DNA from: Clostridia bacterium
GTDB lineage: Bacteria; Bacillota; Clostridia; Oscillospirales; CAG-272
NCBI GenBank assembly: GCA_017450945.1
Contig: JAFSSP010000007.1
Span: forward strand, 28,487 to 92,486
Direction: 5' to 3'
DNA length: 64,000 nt
Each line of letters opens with the position of its first letter. Position 1 is the first letter of the stretch. Position numbers and translations under genes: made by a program. The notes below the pieces were generated by a model that was not told the origin of the DNA, did no database searches, and worked only from the letters and a program-made list of their open reading frames with translations. Of this stretch, positions 1-11,363 are shown piece by piece.

Positions 1-236
1 AGGGATACGATGATCCCGACACCGTTCTGACTGCCGCCGAAACCAGAACCTCGGCACCGCTTCGCATTCTGCGTGATCCGGAAGGCTACCACGCGTTGGG
101 ACACGCGTCGGTTTACCCTTGCGGCGAAGGCGCCGGATACGCGGGCGGCATCACCAGCGCCGCCGTGGACGGCCTTAGAGCCACGCTTGCTCTCATGAAA
201 AAATTTGCACCCTCGAAAGGAGACAAAATACCGTGA
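1..236 (+). CDS. FAD-dependent oxidoreductase (COG2509-like), C-terminal part; 5' end lies outside the window
   Basis: Frame 3 translates as ...AAETRTSAPLRILRD...VYPCGEGAGYAGGITSAAVDG..., with stop TGA at 234-236 overlapping the next GTG. Confidence 0.8.
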   Translation, partial: GYDDPDTVLTAAETRTSAPLRILRDPEGYHALGHASVYPCGEGAGYAGGITSAAVDGLRATLALMKKFAPSKGDKIP

Positions 237-685
237 AAACCAGAGCCAAAGTTCTCTCTGTCGAAGGATCGCTTGCAGAGGTGGAGGTCGTTCGGATGTC
301 GGCCTGCGAGGGCTGTCACAAATCCGAGGAGGGCTCCTGCTCGGTTTGCTCGCTCATGGGCAACAGCAAAAAAACGACTACCGTCAAGGCCGACAACCGT
401 CTCGGTGCTGCGGTTGGGGATATCGTCTTTGTAGAAAGCTCGTCCGGCCGGATGCTCCTTTATGCGGCCTGCCTGTTTTTGCTTCCGCTTATCCTCTTCG
501 CTCTTGGATTTTGGATTGCCTCACTTCTGACCGACGCGATCTGGGTCTACGTGGTTGCCGGGTTTGGCGGGGCGCTGCTGGCCTTTCTCGGCGTTGGAGT
601 CTATTCGAACGTGGTTGCATCCAAGCGGGTAGATGTTCAGATCACAGAGGTGATTTCTTCGGCAAGCCAGTCGGAGAAGGACTGA
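233..685 (+). CDS. RseC/MucC family membrane protein (SoxR-reducing system RseC-like)
   Basis: SACEGC...CSVC cysteine cluster, 'ADNRLGAAVGDIVFVE', two C-terminal hydrophobic helices. Confidence 0.75.
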   Translation: MKTRAKVLSVEGSLAEVEVVRMSACEGCHKSEEGSCSVCSLMGNSKKTTTVKADNRLGAAVGDIVFVESSSGRMLLYAACLFLLPLILFALGFWIASLLTDAIWVYVVAGFGGALLAFLGVGVYSNVVASKRVDVQITEVISSASQSEKD

Positions 686-764
686 TTTCGGTTATATTTA
701 TCAATCAATCGTCGTATGAATTGGACAAGGGAGTGCCGTAGGACCTCTTGCCCCGGAGGAACTC

Positions 765-2918
765 ATGCAGGAGATCAAAAGAGAAAAGATTTGGAAATTG
801 TGCGCACCCAAAGTCGAACAAGCCAATGAAAAGGCCGCGCTGCTCGCAAATAAAACCGGGCTCTCTCCGCTTCTGACAAAAACCCTGTTGTCACGCGGAT
901 ATGATACGCCCGAAAAAATCACCGCATATTTCGGCAGAGAGGACACTTCTTTGTATGATCCTTTTCTGCTTGCGGATATTGACAAAGCGGTCGACAGGAT
1001 CCTGTCTGCAATCGACAAAAAAGAAAAAATTGCCATTTTCGGAGATTATGATGTGGACGGCGTGACCTCGGTTACGCTCGTTTACGATTATCTCTCAAAA
1101 AAAGGCGCGTCGGTGTCCTATTACATTCCCAGCCGCTTTGGCGATGGATACGGGCTTTCCAAAAATGCGATCGAAGGGATCGCAAAAGACGGGGTGACTT
1201 TGATCATTACCGTGGACAACGGCATTTCCGCAAAAGAAGAAGTGGCCTTTGCCGCAAGTCTTGGCGTTGATACCGTCGTGACCGATCACCACGAATGCCC
1301 GAATGATTTGCCGGACGCTGTGGCGGTCGTCAATCCGCACCGCCCGGACGACGGATATCCTTTCAACGATCTTGCCGGCGTCGGTGTGATCTTCAAAGTG
1401 GTCACGGCCTGCGAACTGGAAGAGGCAAGACGGCGCGGGACAGAAGACGATGAAAGCGTCGTTCGCCGCATTTGCAAAGAGTATCTTGATCTTGTGGCAC
1501 TCGGCAGCGTGGCCGACTCGGTTCCGCTTACCGACGAGAACCGTTTGCTTGTTACTTACGGGCTTGAACGGCTCAAAAAGACGAACCGTATGGGCCTTGA
1601 TGCCTTGATCCGCGCCGCCATGTCGGATCGTCCCAAAAAGATCAATTCGGTATTTATCAACTATCAGCTTGCTCCCAGGATCAATGCGGCGGGAAGAATT
1701 GACAGCGCGGCACGCGCCGTGGAGCTTCTTCTCTCCAAAGATAAAGCCGAGGCCGAAAAAATCGCACAGGAACTTTGCGAATACAACCGTGAGCGGCACG
1801 CCGAAGAGAGTCGCACGGCCGAACAAGCTTTCCGTAAGATTGAGGAGCAGGCGCCAGAAGAGCGCAGGTTTGTAATCGTCGTCGATGACGACGGCTGGCA
1901 TCAGGGCGTCATCGGAATCGTCGCTTCCAGTGTGACCGAGCGCTACGGACTGCCTTCGATCCTCATTACTTTTGACGGCGCGAGCCGCGGATTTGCGGCG
2001 GGGGACGACCTTGGAAGAGGTTCCGGGCGCAGCGTTCGGGGAGTCAATCTTGCGCAGGCGTTGTTTGCCTGCAATGACCTTCTCTACAAAGGCGGCGGCC
2101 ATGAGATGGCGGCCGGTCTTACCATTCGCCGACGCGATATTCCGGCCTTCCGCAAGGCGATCAACGAGTATGCAAAAGAGGCGCTCGGCGGCATTTCCCC
2201 GGTGGGTTGCGTTCAGTACGACTGCAAGGCTTTGCCAAGCGACTTGACGCTCAAACTCGCCGAGGAAATTTCCGGTATGGAGCCTTTCGGGCAGGGAAAT
2301 CCCGAGCCGCTCTTTTTGCTCGAGGACGTCCGCCTCAAAGCGGTCATTCCCATTAGCGAAGGCAAGCATACGCGATTGATTCTGGAAAAAGACGGCGTGG
2401 AATGGACGGCAGTTAAATTCGGAACGCCGCCGTCAAAATTGCCGGTCGAGGAAGAGGATCTTTCGGATCTGTTGTTCCATCTTTCAATCAACGAGTTTCG
2501 TGGAAAATCCACGCTTCAATTGATCATTGAGGAGATCCGCCCGGCCGAAAGCCTTGTAAAAGAGCTGGAAAAGAAAGAAAAACGATATGCTGAGATCCTT
2601 GCGGGAGCCGCTTTTTCTGCGACCGAGGATATTTTTCCAGCCCGGGAAGATTTTGCACAGGTTTATAAAACCCTGCGTGCGGCAAGTCTGGACGGCAGTG
2701 GAATTTTTTCGATTTCAAAGATGCTTCGCCTCTTTGGCGCCGGCATCGGGTATATCAAACTGAAAATCATTTTATCGGTGCTCTCGGAGATGGGACTTTG
2801 CAAGATCGAAGAGCCTGTCAAAAACACCTATCTTGTGGAGCTTACCCCTTCGCCCGAAAAGACCGAGCTTTCCAAATCTGCCATTCTCCGCAGACTGGAA
2901 GGACAAATGAAAGACTAA
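765..2918 (+). CDS. recJ: single-stranded DNA-specific exonuclease RecJ
   Basis: GDYDVDG, TVDNG, TDHH, NAAGR and GGGHEMAAG motifs; GGAGG RBS. Confidence 0.97.
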   Translation: MQEIKREKIWKLCAPKVEQANEKAALLANKTGLSPLLTKTLLSRGYDTPEKITAYFGREDTSLYDPFLLADIDKAVDRILSAIDKKEKIAIFGDYDVDGVTSVTLVYDYLSKKGASVSYYIPSRFGDGYGLSKNAIEGIAKDGVTLIITVDNGISAKEEVAFAASLGVDTVVTDHHECPNDLPDAVAVVNPHRPDDGYPFNDLAGVGVIFKVVTACELEEARRRGTEDDESVVRRICKEYLDLVALGSVADSVPLTDENRLLVTYGLERLKKTNRMGLDALIRAAMSDRPKKINSVFINYQLAPRINAAGRIDSAARAVELLLSKDKAEAEKIAQELCEYNRERHAEESRTAEQAFRKIEEQAPEERRFVIVVDDDGWHQGVIGIVASSVTERYGLPSILITFDGASRGFAAGDDLGRGSGRSVRGVNLAQALFACNDLLYKGGGHEMAAGLTIRRRDIPAFRKAINEYAKEALGGISPVGCVQYDCKALPSDLTLKLAEEISGMEPFGQGNPEPLFLLEDVRLKAVIPISEGKHTRLILEKDGVEWTAVKFGTPPSKLPVEEEDLSDLLFHLSINEFRGKSTLQLIIEEIRPAESLVKELEKKEKRYAEILAGAAFSATEDIFPAREDFAQVYKTLRAASLDGSGIFSISKMLRLFGAGIGYIKLKIILSVLSEMGLCKIEEPVKNTYLVELTPSPEKTELSKSAILRRLEGQMKD

Positions 2919-2955
2919 CCCATCCCTTGCAAAGGAGAACCAGAGGAGACCTACC

Positions 2956-5169
2956 ATGAACCAAGAAGTTTCTGTCCATACCGACATTCAGCCCTTGACC
3001 GCGATGCTCAAGGCGACCAAAAAGAAATACAACCTTGCCAAAATCGACAAGGCTTTTGAGTTTGCCAGAAGCCGCCATGAAGGGCAGTTCCGGATGAGCG
3101 GAGAACCATACATTTCCCACCCAATCGCTGTAGCTGAGATTGTTGCGAGTCTGGAATTGGATACCGACTCGATCTGCGCGGCGCTTCTTCACGACACGGT
3201 TGAGGATTGTCAGGTCAGCGTGGAGGAGATTGAAAGGGAATTCGGTCCCGAGGTTGCTCTTCTTGTTGACGGACTGACCAAGATCGTTTCCATGCAGGTG
3301 GAGGACAAGGAAGAGGCGCACATCGAAAATCTGCGCAAAATGCTTCTTGCCATGTCCAAGGATATCCGCGTGATTTTCATCAAGCTCTGCGACCGGCTTC
3401 ATAACATGCGCACGCTCTCGGCAAAAGCTGACAACAAGCGCAGAATGACCGCGCTGGAGACCATGCAGGTCTATGCGCCGCTCGCACACCGCCTCGGTAT
3501 GCAAAAGATCAAGCAGGAGCTTGAAAACCTGAGCCTGCGCTTCCTTGACCCGATCGGATACTCGGAGATCCAGAATTACATTGACGAGAAATACGGTCAG
3601 AACGTAGACTTCATTGAGAGCGTCCGCAAGCAGGTCGAACAAAAGCTGAAAGAAAACAAGATTCATTTTTCGCTCGAAGGGCGCATCAAGTCGGTTTATT
3701 CAATCTACAAAAAGATGTACAACCAAAACAAGTCCTTCGATGAGATCTACGATTTTTACGCCCTGCGGATCATCGTGGACACCGAGCTGGAGTGCTATAC
3801 TTCGCTCGGCATCATCCACGAGATGTTCAATTCGATCCCCGGGCGCTTCAAGGACTATATCTCCACCCCGAAGCCAAACCTCTATCGCTCGCTCCACACC
3901 ACCGTCATCGGCCGCGACGGAATTCCGTTCGAGGTGCAGATCCGCACCTGGGAAATGCACCATGTCGCCGAATACGGCGTGGCGGCGCATTGGAAATACA
4001 AGTCTGGCGCATCCTCCAAGGAAGAACTTGACAAAAAGCTCGAGTGGATCGCCCGCCTCATTGAGACCGAGGACGAACAGCGCGACCCGGACGAATTCAT
4101 GAACGCCCTGAAGACCGATATCTTCCAGGACGAGGTCTTTGTCTTTACCCCGAAGGGCGACGTTTTTGCGCTTCCGAGTGGGTCGAACATCATCGACTTT
4201 GCCTACGCCGTTCACTCGGCTGTTGGCGACAAAATGGTGGGAGCAAAGGTCAACGGCATGATCGTGCCGATCGATCACACGCTCGTCAACGGCGAGATCG
4301 TGGAGGTCATGACCTCCTCGGCCTCCAAAGGCCCCAGCCGCGACTGGCTCAAGATCGTCAAGACAAGCTCGGCGCGCTCCAAGATCCGCGCCTGGTTCAA
4401 AAAAGAAAAGCGGCCCGAGAATATCGCGGTCGGCGAAGCGGCGATCGAGGCCGAGATTAAGCGGATCTGCCGGTCTTGTACCGAAGCCCAGAGGAATCAG
4501 ATCGCCGAAAGCCTTGCCAAGCGGGTCGGCTATAACGATACCGAGGACTTTTACAACGCCATCGGATATGGCGCTGTGTCGGTCGCAAAGCTGCAGCTCA
4601 GGCTCGAGGAGGAATGCCATAAGGTCGTTCGTCCCGAAGAGGTGGAGCAGACCGACGAGGAAAAGATCGCCGAGGCGGTCTCCAAGGCCACCGGCAAAAA
4701 GATCCGCTCCAACAGCGGCGTTGTGGTGGACGGAGAAGAGGGTTGCCTTGTCAAATTTGCAAAGTGCTGTAACCCTCTGCCGGGCGACGATATCATCGGC
4801 TTTGTGACGCGAGGCTTCGGGATCTCGATCCACAAGATGGATTGCCCCAACGTGATTCAGAACCTCAAAAACGGGGACGCCTCCGAGCGCTGGAAAGAGG
4901 CGCATTGGGAGAGCAATGCGACCAGCGGAAAGAGTCACGAAATGTACGAAGCGCTGCTTCAGATCCATGTCAGCGACCGTATCGGCATGCTTGCTGATAT
5001 CACCTCGGTTCTGGCCGATATGAAGGTCTCCATCCTTTACATCGGCATGGCCGAAAAGCTGGTCATCAATCTGAAGATCGGCTGTAGAAACGTCGAGCAC
5101 TATGATATGATCGTTGCAAGGCTTCGCAAACTTGACGGAGTTGATAACATTGTGAGAGGATTTGCCTGA
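2956..5169 (+). CDS. relA: bifunctional (p)ppGpp synthetase/hydrolase Rel
   Basis: [37 protein letters not shown] motifs; TGS and ACT domains. Confidence 0.97.
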   Translation: MNQEVSVHTDIQPLTAMLKATKKKYNLAKIDKAFEFARSRHEGQFRMSGEPYISHPIAVAEIVASLELDTDSICAALLHDTVEDCQVSVEEIEREFGPEVALLVDGLTKIVSMQVEDKEEAHIENLRKMLLAMSKDIRVIFIKLCDRLHNMRTLSAKADNKRRMTALETMQVYAPLAHRLGMQKIKQELENLSLRFLDPIGYSEIQNYIDEKYGQNVDFIESVRKQVEQKLKENKIHFSLEGRIKSVYSIYKKMYNQNKSFDEIYDFYALRIIVDTELECYTSLGIIHEMFNSIPGRFKDYISTPKPNLYRSLHTTVIGRDGIPFEVQIRTWEMHHVAEYGVAAHWKYKSGASSKEELDKKLEWIARLIETEDEQRDPDEFMNALKTDIFQDEVFVFTPKGDVFALPSGSNIIDFAYAVHSAVGDKMVGAKVNGMIVPIDHTLVNGEIVEVMTSSASKGPSRDWLKIVKTSSARSKIRAWFKKEKRPENIAVGEAAIEAEIKRICRSCTEAQRNQIAESLAKRVGYNDTEDFYNAIGYGAVSVAKLQLRLEEECHKVVRPEEVEQTDEEKIAEAVSKATGKKIRSNSGVVVDGEEGCLVKFAKCCNPLPGDDIIGFVTRGFGISIHKMDCPNVIQNLKNGDASERWKEAHWESNATSGKSHEMYEALLQIHVSDRIGMLADITSVLADMKVSILYIGMAEKLVINLKIGCRNVEHYDMIVARLRKLDGVDNIVRGFA

Positions 5170-5170
5170 T

Positions 5171-5635
5171 ATGAAAGCTGTGATCCAGAGGGTCCAATAT
5201 GCGTCGGTAGAAGTGGACGGGAAGGTGGTAGGCTCCTGCAAGGAGGGCTACCTTCTCCTTCTCGGCGTGGCCGAAGGGGATACGACCGTTGAGGCCGATC
5301 TCCTTGCAAGAAAGATCCTTGATTTGCGCATCTTCCAGGACGAGGCAGGGAAGATGAACCGCTCGATCAAGGATATTGCCGGGGAGGTCTTACTCATCTC
5401 ACAGTTTACGCTCCTTGCCGATTACAGAAGGGGCAACCGACCGGACTTTCTCGCCTCAGCCAAACCGGATGTGGCAAAACCGCTCTACGAGTATTTCGGC
5501 AAAAAGCTCGAAGAGGGCGTGGGCCACGTCGGCTACGGTATCTTTGGCGCCGATATGAAGGTGTCGCTTCTCAACGACGGCCCGGTCACCATTGTAATGG
5601 ACAGCGACGTACTCAAGCAGAAAAGGAGGTCATAA
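5171..5635 (+). CDS. dtd: D-aminoacyl-tRNA deacylase
   Basis: [19 protein letters not shown]; follows rel. Confidence 0.96.
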   Translation: MKAVIQRVQYASVEVDGKVVGSCKEGYLLLLGVAEGDTTVEADLLARKILDLRIFQDEAGKMNRSIKDIAGEVLLISQFTLLADYRRGNRPDFLASAKPDVAKPLYEYFGKKLEEGVGHVGYGIFGADMKVSLLNDGPVTIVMDSDVLKQKRRS

Positions 5636-5641
5636 CGGTCT

Positions 5642-7135
5642 ATGAAGTTAACGATCGACGGAAAAATCAATCCTTACTACGTGCAGACCCTTTGCATGAT
5701 CTTCTTCCCGGGCGAAAAGTTCGGCGCGCAGGCAATGGAAGAGCCGGACTCGCCCGAGCTGACGCTGACTTTCAAAAAGAAAAAAGAAGGCGTGGAAGCC
5801 TTTGTGACGGTTGCATACGCCGGAAAAACGGCCGAGGCCGTGCGCTTTGCCGAGTACAATGCGACAAGGGATCCGGATAAGGCGGTCAAAATGGCCTCCG
5901 GCGCCGCGGTGATCGCGGCCTGTGGGGAACTGCTTGGCTATCGTCCCTCCTGGGGCATGCTGACCGGCGTTCGTCCCTCCAAGGTGGCAACCGAGCTCCT
6001 TCAAAGCGGACTCGGCAAAACGAAGACCAAAAAGGCGCTCAGCGCCGATTATCTGGTTATCCCGAAGAAGGCGGCACTCGCCACCGATGTGGCACTGAAT
6101 GAGCAAAAAATCATCGGTCAGGTGGATCCGCGGGACTGCAGTGTGTATATCTCGATCCCGTTTTGCCCGACTCGCTGTGCCTATTGCTCTTTTGTTTCCT
6201 ACACCTCTTCCAAGCTCTTGTCGCTCATCCCGGAGTATCTGACGCATCTTCTTTTGGATCTTCAAAAGACCTTTGCAACCATCAAGCGGCTTGGCTTAAA
6301 GGTCAAAACGGTTTACATCGGCGGCGGCACACCGACCATCCTGACGGCGGAACAGCTTCGGCTTTTGCTCTCGGAGATCTCACGACAGATCGACGTGAGC
6401 GCACTGGAGGAATTCACGCTTGAATCGGGACGGCCGGATACCATTACGGCCGAAAAGTTTGCCGTTGCAAAAGAATACGGAGTGACGCGCGTTTGCGTCA
6501 ATCCGCAGTCGCTCTGCGAAGAGGTTTTGTCGCGCATCGGCAGATGCCACTCGGTGGAGGAGTTCTTCCGCGCCTTTGAAGTGGCAAGAGAGTCCGGCAT
6601 TCCAAATATCAACACCGACCTGATCGTCGGACTTCCCGGCGATACTTTCAAGACCTTTTCCGCGACCTTTGACAAAATTTTAAGCCTCTCTCCCGAGAAT
6701 ATTACGGTGCATACCTTCTGCATCAAAAAAGCGGCCGAGATCGTCAAAACAGGGAACAGCATCTATTCTTTCCGCGGAGGCGACGCCGGAAAATGTGTCG
6801 ATTATTCTCAACTCAAAGCTCAGCAGGAGGGATATCTTCCTTACTATATGTACCGCCAGAAGAACACCGTCGGAAATCTGGAGAACGTCGGGTTTGCAAA
6901 AGAGGGAACCGAGGGGCGATACAACGTTTATATGATGGAAGAAGTCCATTCCATTTTTGCCTGTGGGGCAGGTGCTGTCGCAAAACTTGTGGACTACAAT
7001 CCGCTTATCGGCGGCAAACCGATCATCGAGCGCCTGTTTTATCCCAAATACCCCTATGAGTATCTGAAGGACGACAGCACCGATGAAAAGAATGCGGCCA
7101 TCGAGCGCTTCTACACCGAACATGGATTGATTTGA
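5642..7135 (+). CDS. hemZ: HemZ, coproporphyrinogen III oxidase-like radical SAM protein
   Basis: WGMLTGVRPSK, CPTRCAYC, YIGGGTPT, PYYMYRQK; rel-dtd-hemZ order. Confidence 0.9.
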   Translation: MKLTIDGKINPYYVQTLCMIFFPGEKFGAQAMEEPDSPELTLTFKKKKEGVEAFVTVAYAGKTAEAVRFAEYNATRDPDKAVKMASGAAVIAACGELLGYRPSWGMLTGVRPSKVATELLQSGLGKTKTKKALSADYLVIPKKAALATDVALNEQKIIGQVDPRDCSVYISIPFCPTRCAYCSFVSYTSSKLLSLIPEYLTHLLLDLQKTFATIKRLGLKVKTVYIGGGTPTILTAEQLRLLLSEISRQIDVSALEEFTLESGRPDTITAEKFAVAKEYGVTRVCVNPQSLCEEVLSRIGRCHSVEEFFRAFEVARESGIPNINTDLIVGLPGDTFKTFSATFDKILSLSPENITVHTFCIKKAAEIVKTGNSIYSFRGGDAGKCVDYSQLKAQQEGYLPYYMYRQKNTVGNLENVGFAKEGTEGRYNVYMMEEVHSIFACGAGAVAKLVDYNPLIGGKPIIERLFYPKYPYEYLKDDSTDEKNAAIERFYTEHGLI

Positions 7136-7154
7136 TTTTCAAGCAAGGAGTTTT

Positions 7155-8066
7155 ATGGAATACTGCGTTTCTTCCGATTTGACGCCGGCCGAGCAAAAAA
7201 AGCTGGTTTTGGAATCGGACAAAGCCTTTGAATCTGAGGCTTCGAGGAAGGTTTCGGCTCTTTCCGACATTCCGGATCTGAAGATCATCGGACTGACCGG
7301 GCCGAGCTGTTCGGGCAAGACGACAGCGGCAAACAAGCTCATCGAGCATCTCCAAAAAAGCGGCAGACAGGTCGTGGTCGTATCCCTTGACAATTTTTTC
7401 AAAGACGTGGAAACCGTCCGGCGTCAAGGTGCGGCGGGACAGCTTGAAGAGCTCGATTTTGACTCCGAGGACGCGATGGATCTTGACCTGCTGGAATGCA
7501 CGGTGGAAAGCCTGCTTTTGTCGAGACCGACAGTTCTTCCGATCTTTGATTTCAAAACAGGGAAACTGAATCGAAACGGCAGTCTTTTGACTCCGACTGT
7601 CGAGGACGTATTCCTCTTTGAAGGGATCCAGGTACTTTATCCGGGCGTGGACAAAATTCTCTCAAGGGTCGCTTATAAGAGCATTTATATTTCCCCCGAG
7701 TCGCCGATTGTCACCGGCGGGGAGCACTTTGATCCAAATGAGATTCGACTCATGCGCAGAATTGTCCGCGACTATCGCCATCGGGATTCCAGCGCGGAAT
7801 TCACCCTCTTTCTCTGGAAGGGCGTACGTGAAAACGAAGAACGCGCCATTTTCCCGTTCCGGGACCGTTGCTCGGAAGCGATTGATTCTACGCTTGCTTA
7901 CGAGGTCGGGATGTTAAAGCCCTATCTTCTTCCGCTGTTAGAAAATTACAATCCGGACGCGCTGTTTTTCAAAGAGGCAAAGGCACTTTTGCAAAAGCTA
8001 AAGAACGTCCAGCCCATTCCCGCCGATTATCTGACCCAGAATTCACTCTATAAGGAATTTATTTGA
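7155..8066 (+). CDS. uridine kinase / PRK family nucleoside kinase
   Basis: P-loop GPSCSGKTT, SLDNFF, FEGI, RLMRRIVRDYRHR. Confidence 0.8.
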   Translation: MEYCVSSDLTPAEQKKLVLESDKAFESEASRKVSALSDIPDLKIIGLTGPSCSGKTTAANKLIEHLQKSGRQVVVVSLDNFFKDVETVRRQGAAGQLEELDFDSEDAMDLDLLECTVESLLLSRPTVLPIFDFKTGKLNRNGSLLTPTVEDVFLFEGIQVLYPGVDKILSRVAYKSIYISPESPIVTGGEHFDPNEIRLMRRIVRDYRHRDSSAEFTLFLWKGVRENEERAIFPFRDRCSEAIDSTLAYEVGMLKPYLLPLLENYNPDALFFKEAKALLQKLKNVQPIPADYLTQNSLYKEFI

Positions 8067-9361
8067 TGAAGACACTATTCAAAAACGCCCGGCTGTTGCC
8101 CGAGTACGGATATGCGGACAAACCGGTTTTTATAGCCGTCAACGGAAGCTATATTGCAAAGATTTCGGATGAGGCGCTCGGTGAATGCGAATACGATACC
8201 ATCGTCGATTGTCGGGGCAATCTTTTGATCCCCGCCTTCTATAATGCGCACTGCCATGTGGCAATGACGCTTTTTCGCGGATTTGGCGAGGATCTGCCGC
8301 TTGCCGACTGGCTCGAAAAGAAGATCTTTCCGGCAGAGGATCGCCTTACCTACGAGCGCGTTTTTCTCGGATCCAAGCTCGGGATTGCCGAAATGATCCG
8401 CGCCGGGATCGTTTCTTTTACCGATATGTATATGTTTGAAGACGCGGTGGCAGACGCCGTGCTTGAGACCGGGATCAAAGCCAATCTTTCGCGCTCGATC
8501 GCATCCTTTGACGAGTCGATCGGCCCGGAGAACGATTACAGACTCAAAGAGTCGATCAAGCTCTACGATACCTATCACGGCGCCGGAGAGGGCAGAGTTT
8601 TAGTGGATTTTGCCCTGCACGCCGAATATACCAATCATGCCCGCGCTTGCAGATATGTGGCCGAGGAGGCAAAAAAACGGGATTTGCGGATGCAGGTGCA
8701 TCTTTCCGAGACCAAAAAGGAGCACGAGGAGTGCAAAGCGCGCCGCGGCGGCAAGACCCCAGCCGAGTTTTTCCTTGACTGCGGCGTGTTTGACCTTCCC
8801 ACCACCGCTGCGCACTGCGTTTGGGTTGAGGACTCGGATCTTGATATCTTCCTTGATAAAAAGGTGTTTGTCGCGCACAATCCGGTCAGCAACTTAAAAC
8901 TCGGCAGCGGCGTGATGCCGCTTGCAAAATTCCTTCGTCGGGGTGTGTCCGTCGCGCTTGGAACCGACGGAGCCGCGTCCAACAACCGCTTGGATCTGCT
9001 CCGGGAATTGCAGATCGCCGCGCTTCTCGACAAGGGCACGACCGGCAATCCGGCAGGGCATACGGCAAAAGAACTTTTCCCGCTTGCCACCGAGAACGGC
9101 GCGCTCTCGCAAGGGCGAACCGACTGCGGACGTATAGAAGAAGGGAAGCGTGCCGATCTTGTGCTTCTGAATCTGAACAGTCTGCACAATCAACCTGTTT
9201 ACGATCCGTATGCCACGCTGACCTACAGTATGGGCCGCGAGGATGTGCTCTTGACCATGGCTGACGGGCGCATACTTTATCAAAACGGCGAATATACCTC
9301 TATTGATGAGGAACGCCTGAAATACGAGTTTCAAAAGACGGTCGCTCATTACTTTGATTGA
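8066..9361 (+). CDS. mtaD: 5'-methylthioadenosine/S-adenosylhomocysteine deaminase (amidohydrolase)
   Basis: NAHCH, HLSET, AHCV, HNPVSNLKLGSG, GTDGAASNN. Confidence 0.85.
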   Translation: MKTLFKNARLLPEYGYADKPVFIAVNGSYIAKISDEALGECEYDTIVDCRGNLLIPAFYNAHCHVAMTLFRGFGEDLPLADWLEKKIFPAEDRLTYERVFLGSKLGIAEMIRAGIVSFTDMYMFEDAVADAVLETGIKANLSRSIASFDESIGPENDYRLKESIKLYDTYHGAGEGRVLVDFALHAEYTNHARACRYVAEEAKKRDLRMQVHLSETKKEHEECKARRGGKTPAEFFLDCGVFDLPTTAAHCVWVEDSDLDIFLDKKVFVAHNPVSNLKLGSGVMPLAKFLRRGVSVALGTDGAASNNRLDLLRELQIAALLDKGTTGNPAGHTAKELFPLATENGALSQGRTDCGRIEEGKRADLVLLNLNSLHNQPVYDPYATLTYSMGREDVLLTMADGRILYQNGEYTSIDEERLKYEFQKTVAHYFD

Positions 9362-9367
9362 GCGGCG

Positions 9368-10987
9368 GTGATTGTTTTGGAAAGAAGCAATTTCGGAATT
9401 GCAAAGAACAAACTGGTTTCGGGTGCGCTTCTTTTGACGCTTTCCACGATCCTGTTAAAAATCACAGGACTCATCTACAAGATTCCCATGCTTTCGATCC
9501 TTGGGGCCGAAGGCATGGGATACTTCAATTCCGCCTACGAACTCTACACGCTCATCGTCAGTGCCGCAACAGCGGGACTGCCGGTTTCTCTTTCGGTCCT
9601 GCTTTCGGACGCACTTGCAAAGGGAGATGCCGAAAGAGCGCGTAAGATCGATCGCACGGCGCTTTTTTTATGCTTTTTTGCGGGGACGATCGGCAGTCTT
9701 TTACTTGCCTTTTTTGCAAAAACGTTTGCCCGGATGATCGGAAGCCCCGGCGCACTGTATTCGATTTTGTCGATTTGCCCGACGCTATTTTTCAGTTGCA
9801 TCTCGGCGGCCTATCGGGGATCCTTCCAGGGACGTTCCAAAATGGCTCCTACGGCGCTCTCTCAGCTTGCCGAAGCACTGCTCAAGCTCTTCTTCGGTCT
9901 TCTGTTTGCGTCTCTTTTTCAAAAGAACGGAATGTCGGTGGAAAAGTGCGCCGCCGGAGCCGGCTTCGGTCTCTCGCTCGGAAGCGCATTGACCTGTTTC
10001 GGCCTGGCTCTGGCAAAAAAGCGGACGTCTTTCATCAAAGGAAGACCGCTGGCAAAACGAAGCGGCGAAACCTCGCAGATCCTTCGTGATCTTGCACGCA
10101 TTTCTTTACCGATCACGCTCGGGGTAACCCTGACCGGCGCGACGAGAATTTTGGATATGGCCATGATATTGCGCCGCCTGCAAAGCATCGGAATGGACGC
10201 GTCTGCCGCAAACCGGGTGTACGGCGGTTATACGACGCTGGCGCTCTCGGTTTTCGGGCTGTTGCCGTCGCTGGTCAATTCGATCAGTCTGCCGCTTGTC
10301 CCGCTTCTCAGTGCGGCCGCGGCGACAGGCGACAGGGAACGGGAGGAAGAGCTGGTGCACGAAGGCTTTCGCCTCATCGCCTTGTTCGCAATTCCGGGCG
10401 CTATCGGAATCACGGCCTTTTCGGAAGAGATCCTTTCGTTTTTGTTTTCCGGGCAGACGGAAGCCGTATCCCTTGCGGCACCGCTCCTTTCCTGCCTCGG
10501 GATTTCTTCCTTTCTTTCCTGCATGATCGGCGGGATCCAGTCGATCCTGCATGCAAGGAAGATTGTGATCCGTCCGCTTCTCATCATGCTGTTTGGCGCG
10601 CTGGTAAAGAGCGTCAGCGCTTATGTTCTCATCGGCAATCCAAACATCGCCATTCTCGGAGCGCCGGCAAGCACCTTCCTTTGCAATCTGTTTGTGACCA
10701 TCCTTGGCTTGTCGCTCGTTCTCAAGAATGGTTACAGGGAACCCCGCGCGCGCGTTTTCTTTTTGCCGCTCCTTTCCTCCGCCGGATCGATCGCTCTTGT
10801 ATGCTTACTTTTTCAGCCGATTTTGCGTTCCGTTCTTTCACAAAAACTTCTGTTTGTATGTGAGCTGTTTCTCTTTGCCATTCTTTATTTCGGACTCTCT
10901 TTTTTGAGCGGATCGCTCAAAAAGACGGATTTTTTGCCGGGAGGTCTGCTTCACCTTCAAAAAAGCGCAAAAAATGCCGCAAAATAA
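9368..10987 (+). CDS. MOP-superfamily polysaccharide/lipid II flippase (YabM/SpoVB-like)
   Basis: Many TM segments, 'YKIPML.ILGAEGMG', 'GLPV'; lies upstream of hup-yabOPQ. Confidence 0.8.
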   Translation: MIVLERSNFGIAKNKLVSGALLLTLSTILLKITGLIYKIPMLSILGAEGMGYFNSAYELYTLIVSAATAGLPVSLSVLLSDALAKGDAERARKIDRTALFLCFFAGTIGSLLLAFFAKTFARMIGSPGALYSILSICPTLFFSCISAAYRGSFQGRSKMAPTALSQLAEALLKLFFGLLFASLFQKNGMSVEKCAAGAGFGLSLGSALTCFGLALAKKRTSFIKGRPLAKRSGETSQILRDLARISLPITLGVTLTGATRILDMAMILRRLQSIGMDASAANRVYGGYTTLALSVFGLLPSLVNSISLPLVPLLSAAAATGDREREEELVHEGFRLIALFAIPGAIGITAFSEEILSFLFSGQTEAVSLAAPLLSCLGISSFLSCMIGGIQSILHARKIVIRPLLIMLFGALVKSVSAYVLIGNPNIAILGAPASTFLCNLFVTILGLSLVLKNGYREPRARVFFLPLLSSAGSIALVCLLFQPILRSVLSQKLLFVCELFLFAILYFGLSFLSGSLKKTDFLPGGLLHLQKSAKNAAK

Positions 10988-11086
10988 ACAATTTTTTCAA
11001 AAATAATGTGAAAAAACTATTGCATATTCAAAAAAGGTATGATAAAATATGATTGATCCCAAAAAAATAAATTGGAGGACAAAAAA

Positions 11087-11359
11087 ATGACCAAGACCCA
11101 ATTGATCGAGAAGATCGCAAAAGAGAACGAGCTGACCAAAAAGAACGTGGCTACCGTGATCGACGCCGCTATCGCCGCTATCGGTGATTCGCTTGTCAAA
11201 GGCGAAGACGTCCAGATCGCCGGCTTCGGCTCCTTCAAGGTAAAGAAAATCGCTGCTCGTACCGGCAGAAACCCCAGAACCAACGCTCCTGTGAAGATCG
11301 CCGCTTGCAAGCGCCCCGCTTTCGCTCCCAGCAAGACCCTGAAAGACAAACTGAACTAA
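11087..11359 (+). CDS. hup: DNA-binding protein HU
   Basis: MTKTQLIEKIA, GFGSF, ARTGRNPRT; GGAGG RBS. Confidence 0.96.
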   Translation: MTKTQLIEKIAKENELTKKNVATVIDAAIAAIGDSLVKGEDVQIAGFGSFKVKKIAARTGRNPRTNAPVKIAACKRPAFAPSKTLKDKLN

Positions 11360-11363
11360 TTTT

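Noticed and set aside
1095-5241. Long antisense ORFs (1095-2369, 3700-5241; also 30483-31781 and 41782-43386)
   Set aside because: Shadow ORFs opposite well-conserved genes, expected from codon bias.
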